From Octopus vulgaris (taxonomy: Eukaryota): a stretch of DNA of 64,000 nt. The DNA lies in the NCBI GenBank assembly GCA_951406725.2, contig OX597815.1, positions 38,688,001-38,752,000 on the forward strand, given 5' to 3'. Each line of letters opens with the position of its first letter. Position 1 is the stretch's first letter. The notes under the pieces were generated by a model. The model saw only the letters and a program-made list of their open reading frames with translations. It was not told where the DNA came from and made no database searches. Below, piece by piece: positions 1 to 15,455 of the stretch. A program made the translations under genes and the position numbers.

Positions 1-832
1 GAAGAAAGGACAAGAACTCAATGTCATCCCCATTGAAATTTGGTATGTCGGTACATAATGGTTTTAAAATCATGTTAACAAAATTACTTAGACGACATGT
101 AGGGCATGCTGAACCAGCTATAAGAGGTCTAAGTTTTAGATCTTTTCGTTGTAATAATTTTATGTATTCACTATCTTGTTCCTTTATTGGATTTTGAATT
201 TCCCTTGGCTTATGTATTTTCGGTAAGTCATATACGTTGCTGGGCTTAGGTCCAAAATTCGTAAGGTAGTATCTTTCATTGGTGATAAGTGAGTTTAATA
301 GCAGTATTAAAAGCACTTAAGCCAGGATTCCTGTTTATGGCATCAAATGTTTTTCAACATCTGAATATAGACGAATCCCCTGCAGATTACTCTGACTAAA
401 ATGTCTGTGAATAAGCGCTGACAAATATCAACAGTGTTGGTGCTCTCACTGAGCCGTTACGGCTAAGCTACACTCTAAGTGGTTAAAATTTGACTATGCA
501 TAAGACGCTGTCAATGTCAGCTATGTTGGTGCGCTAACCAAACCGTGACATCTGAGCTGCTTGCTAAATGTTAATATACAGTTTATAAGATGCAGCTTGC
601 TGGAGCCTACTGCAAAGTATTTAAAGGACGGATTGAAGCATTTCGTTACAGTTATCAATCGTAGAACATAGCAGTCGGATAATACTGCTACTATATAATT
701 CCGAAGGATGCAAATGGCGCGAAAATGTGTTTTATCATATGTAATATTGTAAAACTTTAAAAGATACAAAAATAAAACGTAAAAAGTAGACTGTGCTGGA
801 TGATAGCAAGCTAGCTAGACAGACAGACAGGT

Positions 833-833
833 T

Positions 834-925
<92 letters not shown>
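833..925. repeat. (GATA)n microsatellite
   Basis: Direct reading. Confidence 0.95.
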
Positions 926-926
<1 letters not shown>

Positions 927-1283
927 GTGGCTATATAAACCTACGGCAAATTTAGATCCTCCGACCAAATGCTCGTCAAATGTATTCTTACATTGTAGTT
1001 ATATGTCTATGTGTATGTGAATGTATGTTTTTGTATGTGTGTGTATATATGCATGTGTGTGTGTGTGTGTGTTTGTGTGTGTGTGTTTGTGTCCCAGTGT
1101 GTTTTTATTTTAAGAGAACAACGTGTAATTAAGGAACTGAGCATAGTGTGAAGGGGTACGCTAAAAGACTATTTACTGCAAATTGATACCAGTTATATAC
1201 GAGATGGTATGTTACGAATAGTTTTGTACAAAAGATTTTTATTATTTCTATTTTTCCATATTGGTATATTTTCTTATTCGCAG

Positions 1284-1561
1284 CTCTACCACTAGAATAT
1301 CAAAACTATCAACAAACCAATTCAACATTATCAACTTCCAATGAAGAGACAGATTACGATGAAGTTATGATTCCACATCGCATTGATTTTAAGAAATATT
1401 TCATTAACCCTGATAGACAGATTCCTCGAAGATCGTCATTTACAGATGTCGAAAACGTGTTGAAAGCCGAAACTTCGACTTTAACTTTACCGAAAAGGGA
1501 AAGGCAATGCATCTCTTTACCGAGAGGTCAGATAGAGGGAACTAGCCTTCTGGAATCGCCA
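1284..1561 (+). CDS. Internal coding exon of the host PDZ-domain gene (upstream exons lie outside the window)
   Basis: Pyrimidine tract + CAG acceptor ending at 1283 and GTAAGT donor at 1562. Open frame LPLEYQNY...SLLESP ends in phase 0, matching the exon at 15456. Confidence 0.75.
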
Positions 1562-1762
1562 GTAAGTAATCTTCATATCATTTCATCAATAATTGTTTTT
1601 GAAAATAGGTAAGTTATTTCTTTTATGAAACGAAAAAAAAATAAATCTAAAATCTCCAATTCAAACAATTTCAAGAATTGCTTTATGCATGCATACACAA
1701 CCGCTCACCCACATCCACCCACACCCACATCCACACGCATACGTATATATATAAATATGTGT

Positions 1763-1804
<42 letters not shown>

Positions 1805-2492
1805 AGATTGATACGGACATACATATATGCATGTATATATACATATATATTGTTATAAATATATATACTGTTTTAAATATATGTACGTTTAAATATATGT
1901 AGGCGTAAGGAATATATTCACGTGGAACAAAACGCACAGAAATAAATACAGTAACCAAGTCTTATCTTGAAGAAATTGCAGCTTAACTTTCGAATTTATC
2001 AGTACACTGCCTGGTAACTATCTATGTTATCCGTATCACTCTCAATTTTGCATTCTTCAACGTAAAGAGATGGGGATATGGAAACCGGGCAAGTTTCTAA
2101 TTAACACTCGGATATAATCCAGAGCTGGCTAACCACATTGAATGCTAGGGAACATACAGAAATGTTTAAGGTAAGCACAGAGTACTTCACTCCATAGGTA
2201 AACCTGAGTTCGCTCCAGTGGGTTTCATACAGTATACAATTAAGACACAAATTAAAATGGAGAATTACACTTCAAAATTTGTTTATTTTAGTATTATTCT
2301 CATTTTTCTGTTTATGATTAGTATTGCAACTCTTCTAATATTTCAAAAAGTATTAAACTTAATTGCTATGGACTGGTCTGAATATCCAAATTAAAAGGAT
2401 TTTAATTTATTTCCTCTTTACTTCCACTTCCTTTCGATTTCTTGTAAATCTATCATTTTATCCACTTTATAAGTGGTCAATGAGGGAAATAC

Positions 2493-2726
2493 AACGTGAT
2501 GCATATATGCCATTTGAATATGGCTAACCCAAAAGGGTGGATGCTACTGTAGTTTGTAGCCCCAGGAAGACACCTCCTCCCGCTGGCTATAGACACACTA
2601 TCTGTGTCCTGTCAGTATTTGTGAAGGGGAGTCATCCTCCCCGTCTTCAACACATGATACACACGTACCCGAGTTTCAAGGTATTTACCTTTCATCAAGG
2701 TGTTTACCTTTCATCAATGAGATTTA
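2493..2726. mobile_element. 234-bp insertion with a 16-bp target-site duplication
   Basis: TCAATGAGGGAAATAC at 2477-2492 and 2727-2742. A related sequence lies on the minus strand at about 7886-7947. Confidence 0.6.
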
Positions 2727-2792
2727 TCAATGAGGGAAATACTTCTTCACCTAATTAGAGTTTTTACTACGACTAATTGTATAAAATAATGT

Positions 2793-2958
2793 AGGCGCAG
2801 GAGTGGCTGTGTGGTAAGTAGCTTGCTTACCAAGCACACGGTTCCGGGTTCAGTCCCACTGCGTTGCACCTTGGGCAAGTGTCTTCTACTATAGCCTCGG
2901 GCCGACCAAAGCCTTGTGAGTGGATTTGGTAGACGGAAACTGAAAGAAGCCCGTCGTG

Positions 2959-2989
<31 letters not shown>

Positions 2990-3213
2990 GTGTGTGTGTT
3001 TGTGTGTCTGTGTTTGTCCTCCCCAACATCGCTTGACAACTGATGCTGGTGTGTTTACGTCCCCGTTACTTAGCGGTTCGGCAAAAGAGCCCAATAGAAT
3101 AAGTACTAGGCTTACAAAGAATAAGTCCTGGGGTCGATTTGCTCGACTAAAAAGGCAGTGCTCCAGCATGGCCGCAGTCAAATGACTGAAACAAGTAGAC
3201 GAGTAAACGAGTA
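2793..3213 (+). mobile_element. tRNA-derived SINE family 1, with internal (TA)/(TG) microsatellite
   Basis: A-box-like TGGCTGTGTGG, B-box-like GGTTCAGTCCC, then GCACCTTGGGCAAGTG core and short-repeat tail. Several copies in the window. Confidence 0.85.
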
Positions 3214-3599
3214 TTCCCTTAAATTCTAAAACCGATGATCTAAGTCTTAATTATACGAGAACTGTACCTATATCGTATTTCAAAGCAATTTCTAATGCCA
3301 TGTAGCCTAAAGATTTGTGATCCGTCATTTAGAATATACTTTAAGAAAAACTATCGAACGCTTGACTCTTCAGTCCGCTTCACACACCCTCATGAATAAA
3401 ACCTTCAGCAAAACTGCAGAGGATTGTCTATCTTGGAGGAATATAAACTGAACCGATATAAATGCTACATCAAAGGACTTATCCAGCAGAAACACGTGTC
3501 GGATTTCAATTTAATATGAATTTAATGAGACTAATACTGTAATAAATAAATTTTGAAGATGAATAATTCTCCACACACACACACACACACATATATATA

Positions 3600-3976
3600 T
3601 ACGAGCAAAATGCCCCCGTCCAATGGACGATGCTGAGTTGTCAAACATTTAAACCAAATTTTCTCAAAACAGCTTGTCCGACCGTCCCATAGGCCTCCCC
3701 TTTGAGAAACTGATTTAACCTAAATTTGAGACACCGAGCATTTTTCTCGCGTACGCGTTGTATCGATCGCAACAGCCGATGTACTTGCGCGTACAAATGC
3801 ACGTTCCCATGGCTTTCTCGATCGCATTCTCACCTGGAATCGATTTTTGTAATTTTTTCAAGACTTATACATGCCAAGATAGCGTCGGTATCTACATATC
3901 GAATTTGAGCGCAATCGGATGGAGGATGCCCAAGATCCTAGAAGACACACACACACACACAGAACGGATTTTATAG
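3600..3976. mobile_element. Short non-autonomous element in an (AC)/(AT) tract, possibly Helitron/Helentron-like
   Basis: GC-richer island starting TACGAGCAAAATGCCCCCG with a small hairpin (CGTCC-AAT-GGACG) and ending (CA)n...TTTTATAG. Family assignment is a guess. Confidence 0.3.
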
Positions 3977-4597
3977 AAAAAAACATATATATATATATAT
4001 ATATATGAATGTATGTTGTTATGTTTCGGGATGGTAGTTCTCTTGCCAAATAAACACTCGCACTATATATTCGTGCATGTATATAGTGCGTGAGTTTATT
4101 TGACAAGAAAAAAATGACCATCACGAACAATAACAATATCGGTTTCAACATACGATTTCACATCGAGAAATTTGCAAAACAAATTCCATAAACGTTTGTC
4201 TATCTGTCTATCTGTCTGTCTGTCTCACGGTATGTATGTATGTATGTATGTATGTATGTATGTATGTATGTATGTATGTATGTATGTATGTATGTATGTA
4301 TGTATGTATGTATGTATGTATGCATGTATGTATGTATGTGTGAATGTATGTATGTGCACACAAGGTGTTCACAAATTATCTTTACAATTTCCCCAATTTA
4401 TTATTTTGTATCGTCTAGATGTGTTGCGTGTAGCCAACAGAACTCACATGAAGTGTTCTGAGGTTTCTAATAAAACTTCTTTACCATTTCCAAATTCTAA
4501 AGATCATTTAAGGACACCCTTTATGTATGTATATATATATATATATATGAAAAAACAAGTCAAGATAGAAAATGCTAAAATAATTTTATAAAGAACA

Positions 4598-4641
4598 TTT
4601 CAGTACCGGTTTCTGCCATTTTGAGACCTTTTCAACTGTAA
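4598..4641 (-). ncRNA. Minimal type I hammerhead ribozyme motif (U3:A8 variant)
   Basis: Minus strand reads ttaCAG-UUGAAAA-G-GUC(UCAAAAU)GGC-A-GAAA-CCGGUA-CUGaaa: stem I, core, stem II, palindromic stem III (ACCGGU) and a GUA site. Confidence 0.55.
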
Positions 4642-5011
4642 CGATTAAATAATTAAATTTAGGAAAATTAAAAGAAAAGTTTTTTTAAAGGAATATTTGT
4701 ATAGTGTTCAAATATAAGTGGCATTCTGCCTTTCTCTGTCTCCCTTGCTTGCACTTGTGTGTTCGAGGTCGTTGTGAATTCTTGGTAGGGTAGAAGAAGA
4801 GGAAGGTTGATGAGGCGAGGGGGTGGAAAAATTTGGGAGTGCCTTGATTGTCGTATTTTGAATGGTCAGTGACGGCTAGCAGTTGCAGTTCAATTCAGGA
4901 GAATATTTCTATTGAAAGGTTTGTTTATGGAATTTGCGTAGGTGTTATACTAGAAAGCATTAGTGATAAAGTTAAGAGGTAGGTGGAGCAGAAGAAGAAG
5001 AAGAAGAAGAA

Positions 5012-7810
<2,799 letters not shown>

Positions 7811-8240
7811 CCGATTCCTAATTTGAAGCCATCTGTTGAAATAGATGTTATATTTCGGGACGATCATTTTTATTTATTATTAAATGTGTCTAAAGCCAGC
7901 TGGAGACGATGATATCCTGGGGCTAAAAAGCTACAGTAACACCCCCCTTTGTGGTTAGCCATATTGAGATGGCTTTTATACTTTACATTTTTATTTATTT
8001 TGTTAAATAAACAAACACACTATATATTCATTCTTCACTCGTTTACTACTGTTCTTATTTCATCTTTGGCAAAAACAAAAATGACCATCCCGAAATATGT
8101 GTGTATACATGTGTGTGTGGCGGGGTGTAATACTTTCTTTTGTAGAAAATCAGATAGCTTTGATTGAAATGAATTTTTTTTTTTTTGGTGTATATGTTGA
8201 CATTATGATATAGTTTACACGACACAACTGAAAATACGGA

Positions 8241-8460
8241 TACAGCAATCCCTCGTCATATAGCAATTCACATATCGCTGTTTATTATTGAAGCTTACGT
8301 CGACTCCTCCGTGGTTTTGTTTTGCATTTATAATTAGATAAACATATACAAATTATAAAAATAATAATAAAATATACAGTACTGTTACTACTTCGCAGAT
8401 TTTCCCCTATCGCGGGAGGTTTTGGAATGTAATAACCGCGTTAGTCGAGGGATTACTGTA
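8241..8460. mobile_element. Tc1/mariner-pogo-type MITE
   Basis: TIRs TA-CAGCAATCCCTCG and CGAGGGATTACTG-TA with TA flanks. Confidence 0.7.
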
Positions 8461-9140
8461 CTACGAAATATTTTTAGATATACACGATGTTATTTTGCTC
8501 TAGCGTTACCTACCATGAAATATTACCTTTATATTCTTCCATACAAAAATACTATACCTTTATCCTGCAGACGAAAATTAGTTTCCAATATCAGTTAAAT
8601 ATCTTTTTTTTATATTCTTATATACACAAAGATATTTTACATTTCAGGCAAGTATATTTGCAGAAACAAATATTTATATTAATACTGTAGATTCCTTGTC
8701 AACATCCTAGTGTTGTTAGTTATCCAACTATTTGCAATGAGTTGTTTTTTCTCCTCGTTTCCAGCTGTGTTGCGAACAAACTTGTGAACCAAGGTGTGAA
8801 GGATACCATAGCAACATTAATAGAACACAAACACATAAAGTTTCATTTGCTAAAATAAAGTTATTTCTTGATACGGTAGCATTATATTAGTTAACGAGGG
8901 TTTTCTTTACTTAATACTCTGCATATTAACAGCATCTGTAATATCTAGATATAAAACATTTAATTCAAGATTTCAGGTAAGCAAATACATATGGAGCCGG
9001 CGAAATACCTGGAAGTAGGATAAAACAGATTGAAATGTTCATCTATTACTACTACAGCTGCTAAAGCCACTCCCTTACAACTACAACTATTATTAATACT
9101 ACTACTACTACTACTAATAATAATAATAATAATAATAATA

Positions 9141-9509
9141 TGGAAGTGTTATCATGTACATTGTTTTGATTTTCGTATAAAATATGGGCTACAGCAAATA
9201 TTTTGCTCAATACCACAAATTTGCTTGTCAGTTGTTTGACCTTAACCAGTTGAGCATGTCCCTTAGTGGTTGACAATATGTGCATCTCTGATCACGAGCA
9301 GAGGTGGCTGGGGAGCATCATAGCCATGTGTTGAGGGGTATTCTTTGCGGTTTGAATAATTCACCTCTGGAAACATGGGCGTTTCGTTCAACATCCTTAA
9401 ACATACCTTATTCAGGGACTTTTTGAGCGGGATGGGTTACTCGACCAGAAGAAAATTCTAATTGGGCCCTACCTGCAAGGTCATGTGCTGTTTATCTTGA
9501 TATGAGATC
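9141..9509 (+). mobile_element. Non-coding ~570-bp TAA-associated element, partial copy
   Basis: Matches 10998-11569 and follows (AAT)n. Confidence 0.8.
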
Positions 9510-9512
9510 CTA

Positions 9513-9860
9513 CCTGGTATCTCAGATACCAGGAAATCCTAATACGGAAGAAATTTTTTAAAATAGTGCTCGTGTCGTGGTACTGTTTATATCCTAAAAC
9601 AATATTGTCTATATAATCCCAAAACATCTCTTACTTAGGATCAAACTGTCGTCTTATAATCAAATTACTTACAATCAAATTACTTTTAAAACAAACTTCT
9701 AAGTTTTGTATGACATACATTCTCTAGAATAATAATCTGTGCAAAACCAAAGTATAGCACCCTAGTCATATACCAACTTGAACTTCTGGCCTCTTGTCTC
9801 TAAGGTGTCCGGGTGAGACTTGGAGTCAACTTTTACAAATACAAAGCAAAAGCCGAGCAT
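9513..9860 (+). mobile_element. 3' end of an R4/Dong-type element, diverged relative of family B
   Basis: Decayed QIPGNP..KIVL..GT..IL...LSI* followed by a 3' UTR similar to 47340-47428. Confidence 0.7.
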
Positions 9861-10603
<743 letters not shown>

Positions 10604-10907
10604 TAGGAATGATCAAGAAGGGAACCGAAAATTATATGAGAATGATCCCTGGCTTACCATCCCTGCAAGAAGTGCAAAAGATTGTCTTAACTGGTACATC
10701 ACACGTATTGAGAAGAGCATTGTCGATGTGAGAACTGTTGCTGCTCATGCATTTTAATTTAACTTTAAAAAAAAAAAAAAAAATTATGAACGAACTACTG
10801 AGTTTGGTTTAATGGCCTACCAATATACACTATGAGTTTCTTTGCCCTAGGAGTCGGGAAGACACTCGGCAAGAAATGGAAGAAAATTTGAAAGAAGAAA
10901 AAAAAAG
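10604..10907 (+). mobile_element. 5'-truncated R4/Dong-type element, family C
   Basis: GMIKKGTENYMRMIPGLPSLQEVQKIVLTGTSHVLRRALSM* plus 3' UTR, nearly identical to 41885-42190. Confidence 0.85.
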
Positions 10908-10933
10908 TAATAATAATGATAATAATAATAATA

Positions 10934-10968
<35 letters not shown>

Positions 10969-10997
10969 AATAATAGTAATAATAATAATAATGATAA

Positions 10998-11569
10998 ATA
11001 CCCTAATGCAGTACCTTGCTCTAATGTAGTACTAGGCAGTGGCACACATGGCTTTTCACCTTAAACTGATTGAAAGTGCTATCATGTGCATTGTTTTGTT
11101 TTCGTATAAAAGATGGGATACAGGAAAGATTCTACTCCATACCTCAGATTTGCTTGTTAGTTGTTTGACCGTAACCAGTTGAGCATGTCCCTCAGTGGCT
11201 GACGATATGTTCATCTCTGATCACGAACAGAAGTAGTGGGGGAGAACCATAGCTATGTGTTGAGAGAAATTCAAGGGGTTTGAATAATTCACCTCTGGAA
11301 ACATGGGCGTTTCCTTCAACATCCTTAAACAACCCTTATTCAGGGAATTTTTGAGCGGGATGGGCTGCTCGAACTGAAGAAAATTCTAACTGGGCCCCAT
11401 CTGCAAGGTCATGTGCTGTTAATCTTGATATGAGATCACCATGTCGCGCACATATGGTTGTGATGCATGTGACTGGTGTACCCTTATCAGATGGATAGTT
11501 ATGATGGGTATACTCGAATTCGTATATTTTACCCGTGTCACTTTGATGGCATGCACTGCTCTCTCACTC
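10998..11569 (+). mobile_element. Non-coding ~570-bp TAA-associated element, full-length copy
   Basis: Flanked by (AAT) tracts, ends CTCTCTCACTC-AATAAT; six copies in the window. Confidence 0.85.
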
Positions 11570-11591
11570 AATAATAATAATAATGTTAATA

Positions 11592-11897
11592 GGATCTGAA
11601 AATAGAAATAACTCGAATGTGGAGCCTATAAACAGAAACAATTCCTATTAGAGTAGACACATTAAGTATGATGAAAAACCAATAAGATAAATACTTAACC
11701 AAAACACCAGGTCTTACAAGTGTATATATATATATACAGAAAATAGCACTACTAGGCACCGCACACATCCTACATAAAACACTTTCAATACAGTGAAAAT
11801 AAGAGCACCACAACAAACCACAGCACATACCCAAAGCATACAGAGCTGCGCTCGGTAGTGCAGTGAAAGCCCGTGATGAAAATAAGACTACAGTTTG
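11592..11897 (+). mobile_element. Older, diverged family A 3' fragment
   Basis: Decayed DLKIEITRMWSL..ETIPI..GTAHIL with an A-type 3' UTR. Confidence 0.8.
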
Positions 11898-11940
<43 letters not shown>

Positions 11941-11942
<2 letters not shown>

Positions 11943-12195
11943 TAAAAGATGGGCTACAGCAAATATTCTGCTCAATACCACAGATATACTTATCAGTTGT
12001 TTGACCATAAGCAGTAGAAAATATCCCTTACTGACGATATGTGCATCTCTGATCGCGAGAAGGAGTAGTGGGGTGCATCATGGCCATGCGTTTAGAGGAT
12101 TTCTTTGGGATTTGAATAATAACCTCTAGAAACATGGGTGTTTCGTTCACTGTCCTTAAACAAACCTTATTCAGGGACCTTTTGAGCAGGACAGG
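11941..12195 (+). mobile_element. Non-coding TAA-associated element, partial copy
   Basis: Matches about 11106-11365. Confidence 0.75.
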
Positions 12196-12269
12196 CGTTT
12201 CCTCCGTCTTTACCTTCTGACGTCAAATTCTGCTGATGTCTTCTTTGCCTTTTATTGTTTCGAGGTCGA

Positions 12270-14330
12270 TGCGAGTCGTCCTATCCACATTGGCACATGC
12301 AAGAAATCCAATCGGTAATTCTCGGACAGTTAAAAATTTCTGATTAGGTTTGCGAGACTTTTGTACCCCTTCTCTTCTAACACTGGCCCTACACAATTTA
12401 AACATGAGTCCATGATGGTGTTCCAGTTACCCATTAGCACTAAAGGTCGAAACGTTCCCAGTATAACCTCCAGACGTCTGATGAAATCTAGCTGTTTTGC
12501 TCTTGTTAGAGCATAAACAGTCACCTGTCTGAAAGCATCTCCGTCGTTACTGTTCCCATCGAGGACCACCAACTTAGCTTCTGGGTCATGACGATAGACC
12601 TTATCTTGAGATCCGGACCTTTCCGGAACAACACCATATTTCCAGCCCATTTCTGGTTGACAGGGAGATAAATAAATCTCATATCTACTAAAATGGGGAT
12701 GAAACCTTGTAGATTGGAAAATCTAGTCTCACGGATAGCTAAAACTATACTTAGTTACCTGAGGTCGTTGCGTATGTGATCTTCTTTCCAAGGTGACTCC
12801 AGACCACGTGCATCTACACTACGTATTCTGAGCAAGGCCTTGTTTGTGAGAGAGAAGGAGATTGAAGAGAATCGCTTACCATATTTCTGTGGAGAGACAT
12901 ATGTTCTGTCCTTCTGGCTATCCTTTTGCATCCATAAACATTCTTTTGTTTATGTTCTCTCTCGAAGAGCTCCCATTCCATTCGAATACTCTGGTGTTGT
13001 AAGTTGCTTTTTTATAATTTTTAAGTGAATTGGGGTACTATGCTAGGGTGAGATATGTGTATTTAATGTCCGTGTATTTTTTAATATGCTTATATTCTTG
13101 TTTATGTCTATGGCCGTGTAATTGATGATAACTTGGGTATACTGTTCATACTGATTTCGATTGCAATTTTTTTCGTTTGTTGAAGTGTTTGTAATATTAG
13201 TGGTGTTTGCTGTGTTGAAGATGTTTGTAATTGCCTTGGTGTAGTGTGTGTAGGTTTGTGATGGGTTGTTGCTTTGTGTGTACGGTGTTTTTCATTTTGT
13301 AATTTTTTTTCCATTACCCCTTCACTAGGATCCATCCTCGTGGTTTTCTCAAACTGATTTCCTCTCTAGACGAGTTTTCACAGACGGAAAAAATTAGTGG
13401 TAATGGAGAGAAATATATCTGCATACATGCACATTTCTAAGCTGGGGTTCTGGTCGACTGGCATTGGAGAAGCTTCTTTCGGTTATGAAAGTTCAGGTGT
13501 TGTTATTGTCTTCCTCCGATGTGGTACCAGCTCTTGTTGCTGATGTTGTTGGATGAATCCCTCCTACGTCCCCTTCTGTTGATGCTGTTCCTGTTTTGGA
13601 TGCTGCTGCTCTTGGTACTGTTGTTGTTGGTGTTGGTACAGTTGGTGGCGATGGTGGTGATGCTACTATTCATTTTGGTGCCGTTGTTGTGTTACAGATG
13701 TCCATAGCAGTAGGGGGTTTCATTTTCCATGCATGGGGGAGAAAGCCGTTAAGTGAATTGTCTCGCCAACATACGGCATCTCGTCTTTCTGCCCTCGACT
13801 GGTACGAATAGCTGTGTAGTATTATGGAAGTCGATCAGATCAGGTATGTCTTTGCTTCTGATCGGATCGGCGTGTTTCCATAATTCTATTCCTGTGCTAG
13901 ATCAATTTTCCTTTCCCATTCAGTGCACTTGGAGAATAGTAGTTTATTTTTACCTATGCCGCATAAAACGGTTGCCACCAGCAAAGCGATGTCCACTTGG
14001 GCTGGTACCTCTGTTACTTTTATTTTAAACACCCTCCAACCGAGGTATGTCGGAATTAGCAATACTTTCTCACTTTTGAAGTGTTATCTTGAACTTTCTT
14101 TGCCTTTTCTTCAGTTGGAAATTTCACCTCAACTGTGCCAAAGCATCTCTCACTGGCGACATGTTTTTATCCACCAGACTGCTCATAGGTATTTTTCGAT
14201 CTAGGCCTGAGTCACTCACTCCAGTCTCCTGTTTTTTGTTGAAATACAATTGTATTTAATAGTATTTAATGTCTTCCTGTATTTCCTCTTGCGTGTTTAG
14301 AAATATTATTCTGCCATATTTTTAAGTGCG
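12270..14330 (-). mobile_element. Decayed L1/Tx1-like LINE 5' part (ORF1 relic + APE endonuclease)
   Basis: ORF 12330..12650 (DPEAKLVVLD...VYA...LVLMGNWN) resembles an APE endonuclease; P/T/Q-rich ORF1-like sequence lies upstream. Confidence 0.6.
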
Positions 14331-14749
14331 CGTTGGCGTTACAGAGCGTTTTTTTTTTCTGACACGTCTCTATACAATGACACTTGTGAAAGCCGTTCCC
14401 TTTTGTTTAGAAATAAGAACAAGTGATGTTTCTGTTGTATTAATGTTTGTTTTGGAGGGGGCCGAAGAGGTAGTCGTGGTTATGTTATTACTAATTTTAT
14501 TCTACTCATGCTGCACATTTGGCTACTGTTGTTGTTATCTGCAATTAGTGGTGGGAAGATAGTATCATATTAGCTGTTCCAAGAGCTATCATTTGGCTCG
14601 ATTTGGGAAGCTATATTGTTATTCTTTGTATTTAACTAATAAATTTCAAATTTTTAATCTCAAAATTCGCCCTTGAAAGGAGAATCTGCCGCCAAGCCAT
14701 TAACGCAACACATTTTAAAGCACGAACAAGAGTCCTCTCTTTCTAAACA

Positions 14750-14820
<71 letters not shown>

Positions 14821-14850
14821 TGGTGATGATGATGATGATGATAATAACAA

Positions 14851-15184
14851 GATTGGAACTGTTATCATGTAAATTGTTTTGTCTTGGTATAAAAGATGGG
14901 CTACAACAAATATTTTGCTCAATACCACAAATTTGCTTGTCAGTTGTTTGACCTTAACCAGTTTTGAGCGGGATGGGTTACTCGACCAGAGGAACGTTCT
15001 AACCGGGCCACACCTGCAAGGTCATGTACTGTTTATCTTGATATAAGATCACCATGTCGCGCACATATGGTTGTGATGCATGTGCCTAGTGTACTCTTAT
15101 CAGATGGGTGGTCATGATGGGAATACTGGGCTTCATATATTATACCCCGGTGTCACTTTGATTGCATGCACTGCTCTCTCACTC

Positions 15185-15185
<1 letters not shown>
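14851..15185 (+). mobile_element. Non-coding TAA-associated element with internal deletion
   Basis: Matches the 5' and 3' parts of 10998-11569 and is flanked by (AAT)n on both sides. Confidence 0.8.
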
Positions 15186-15239
<54 letters not shown>

Positions 15240-15455
15240 TTAAACGATGATATATTAAATGACAGCAACAAAGCCACCACATAAAAGCACTGCTAAGATA
15301 TAGGTTCAGAGGTGTCAAGCTTATTTGAAATCAAACTTCCAACATAACGAGCAAGTTACAGAGGTGAGTCATGTGCAATTATACATAAATAAAAATATTA
15401 GATCAATAATACTGTGTACAATATTTAAGGTCCATTTTTCTTTTCTTTTGTTCAG

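Noticed and set aside
1-520. Possible decayed LINE or Penelope coding relic
   Set aside because: Only faint motif resemblance and no supporting ORF.
2793-2870. tRNA gene
   Set aside because: A/B boxes belong to a multi-copy SINE head; no cloverleaf. The same holds for SINE family 2.
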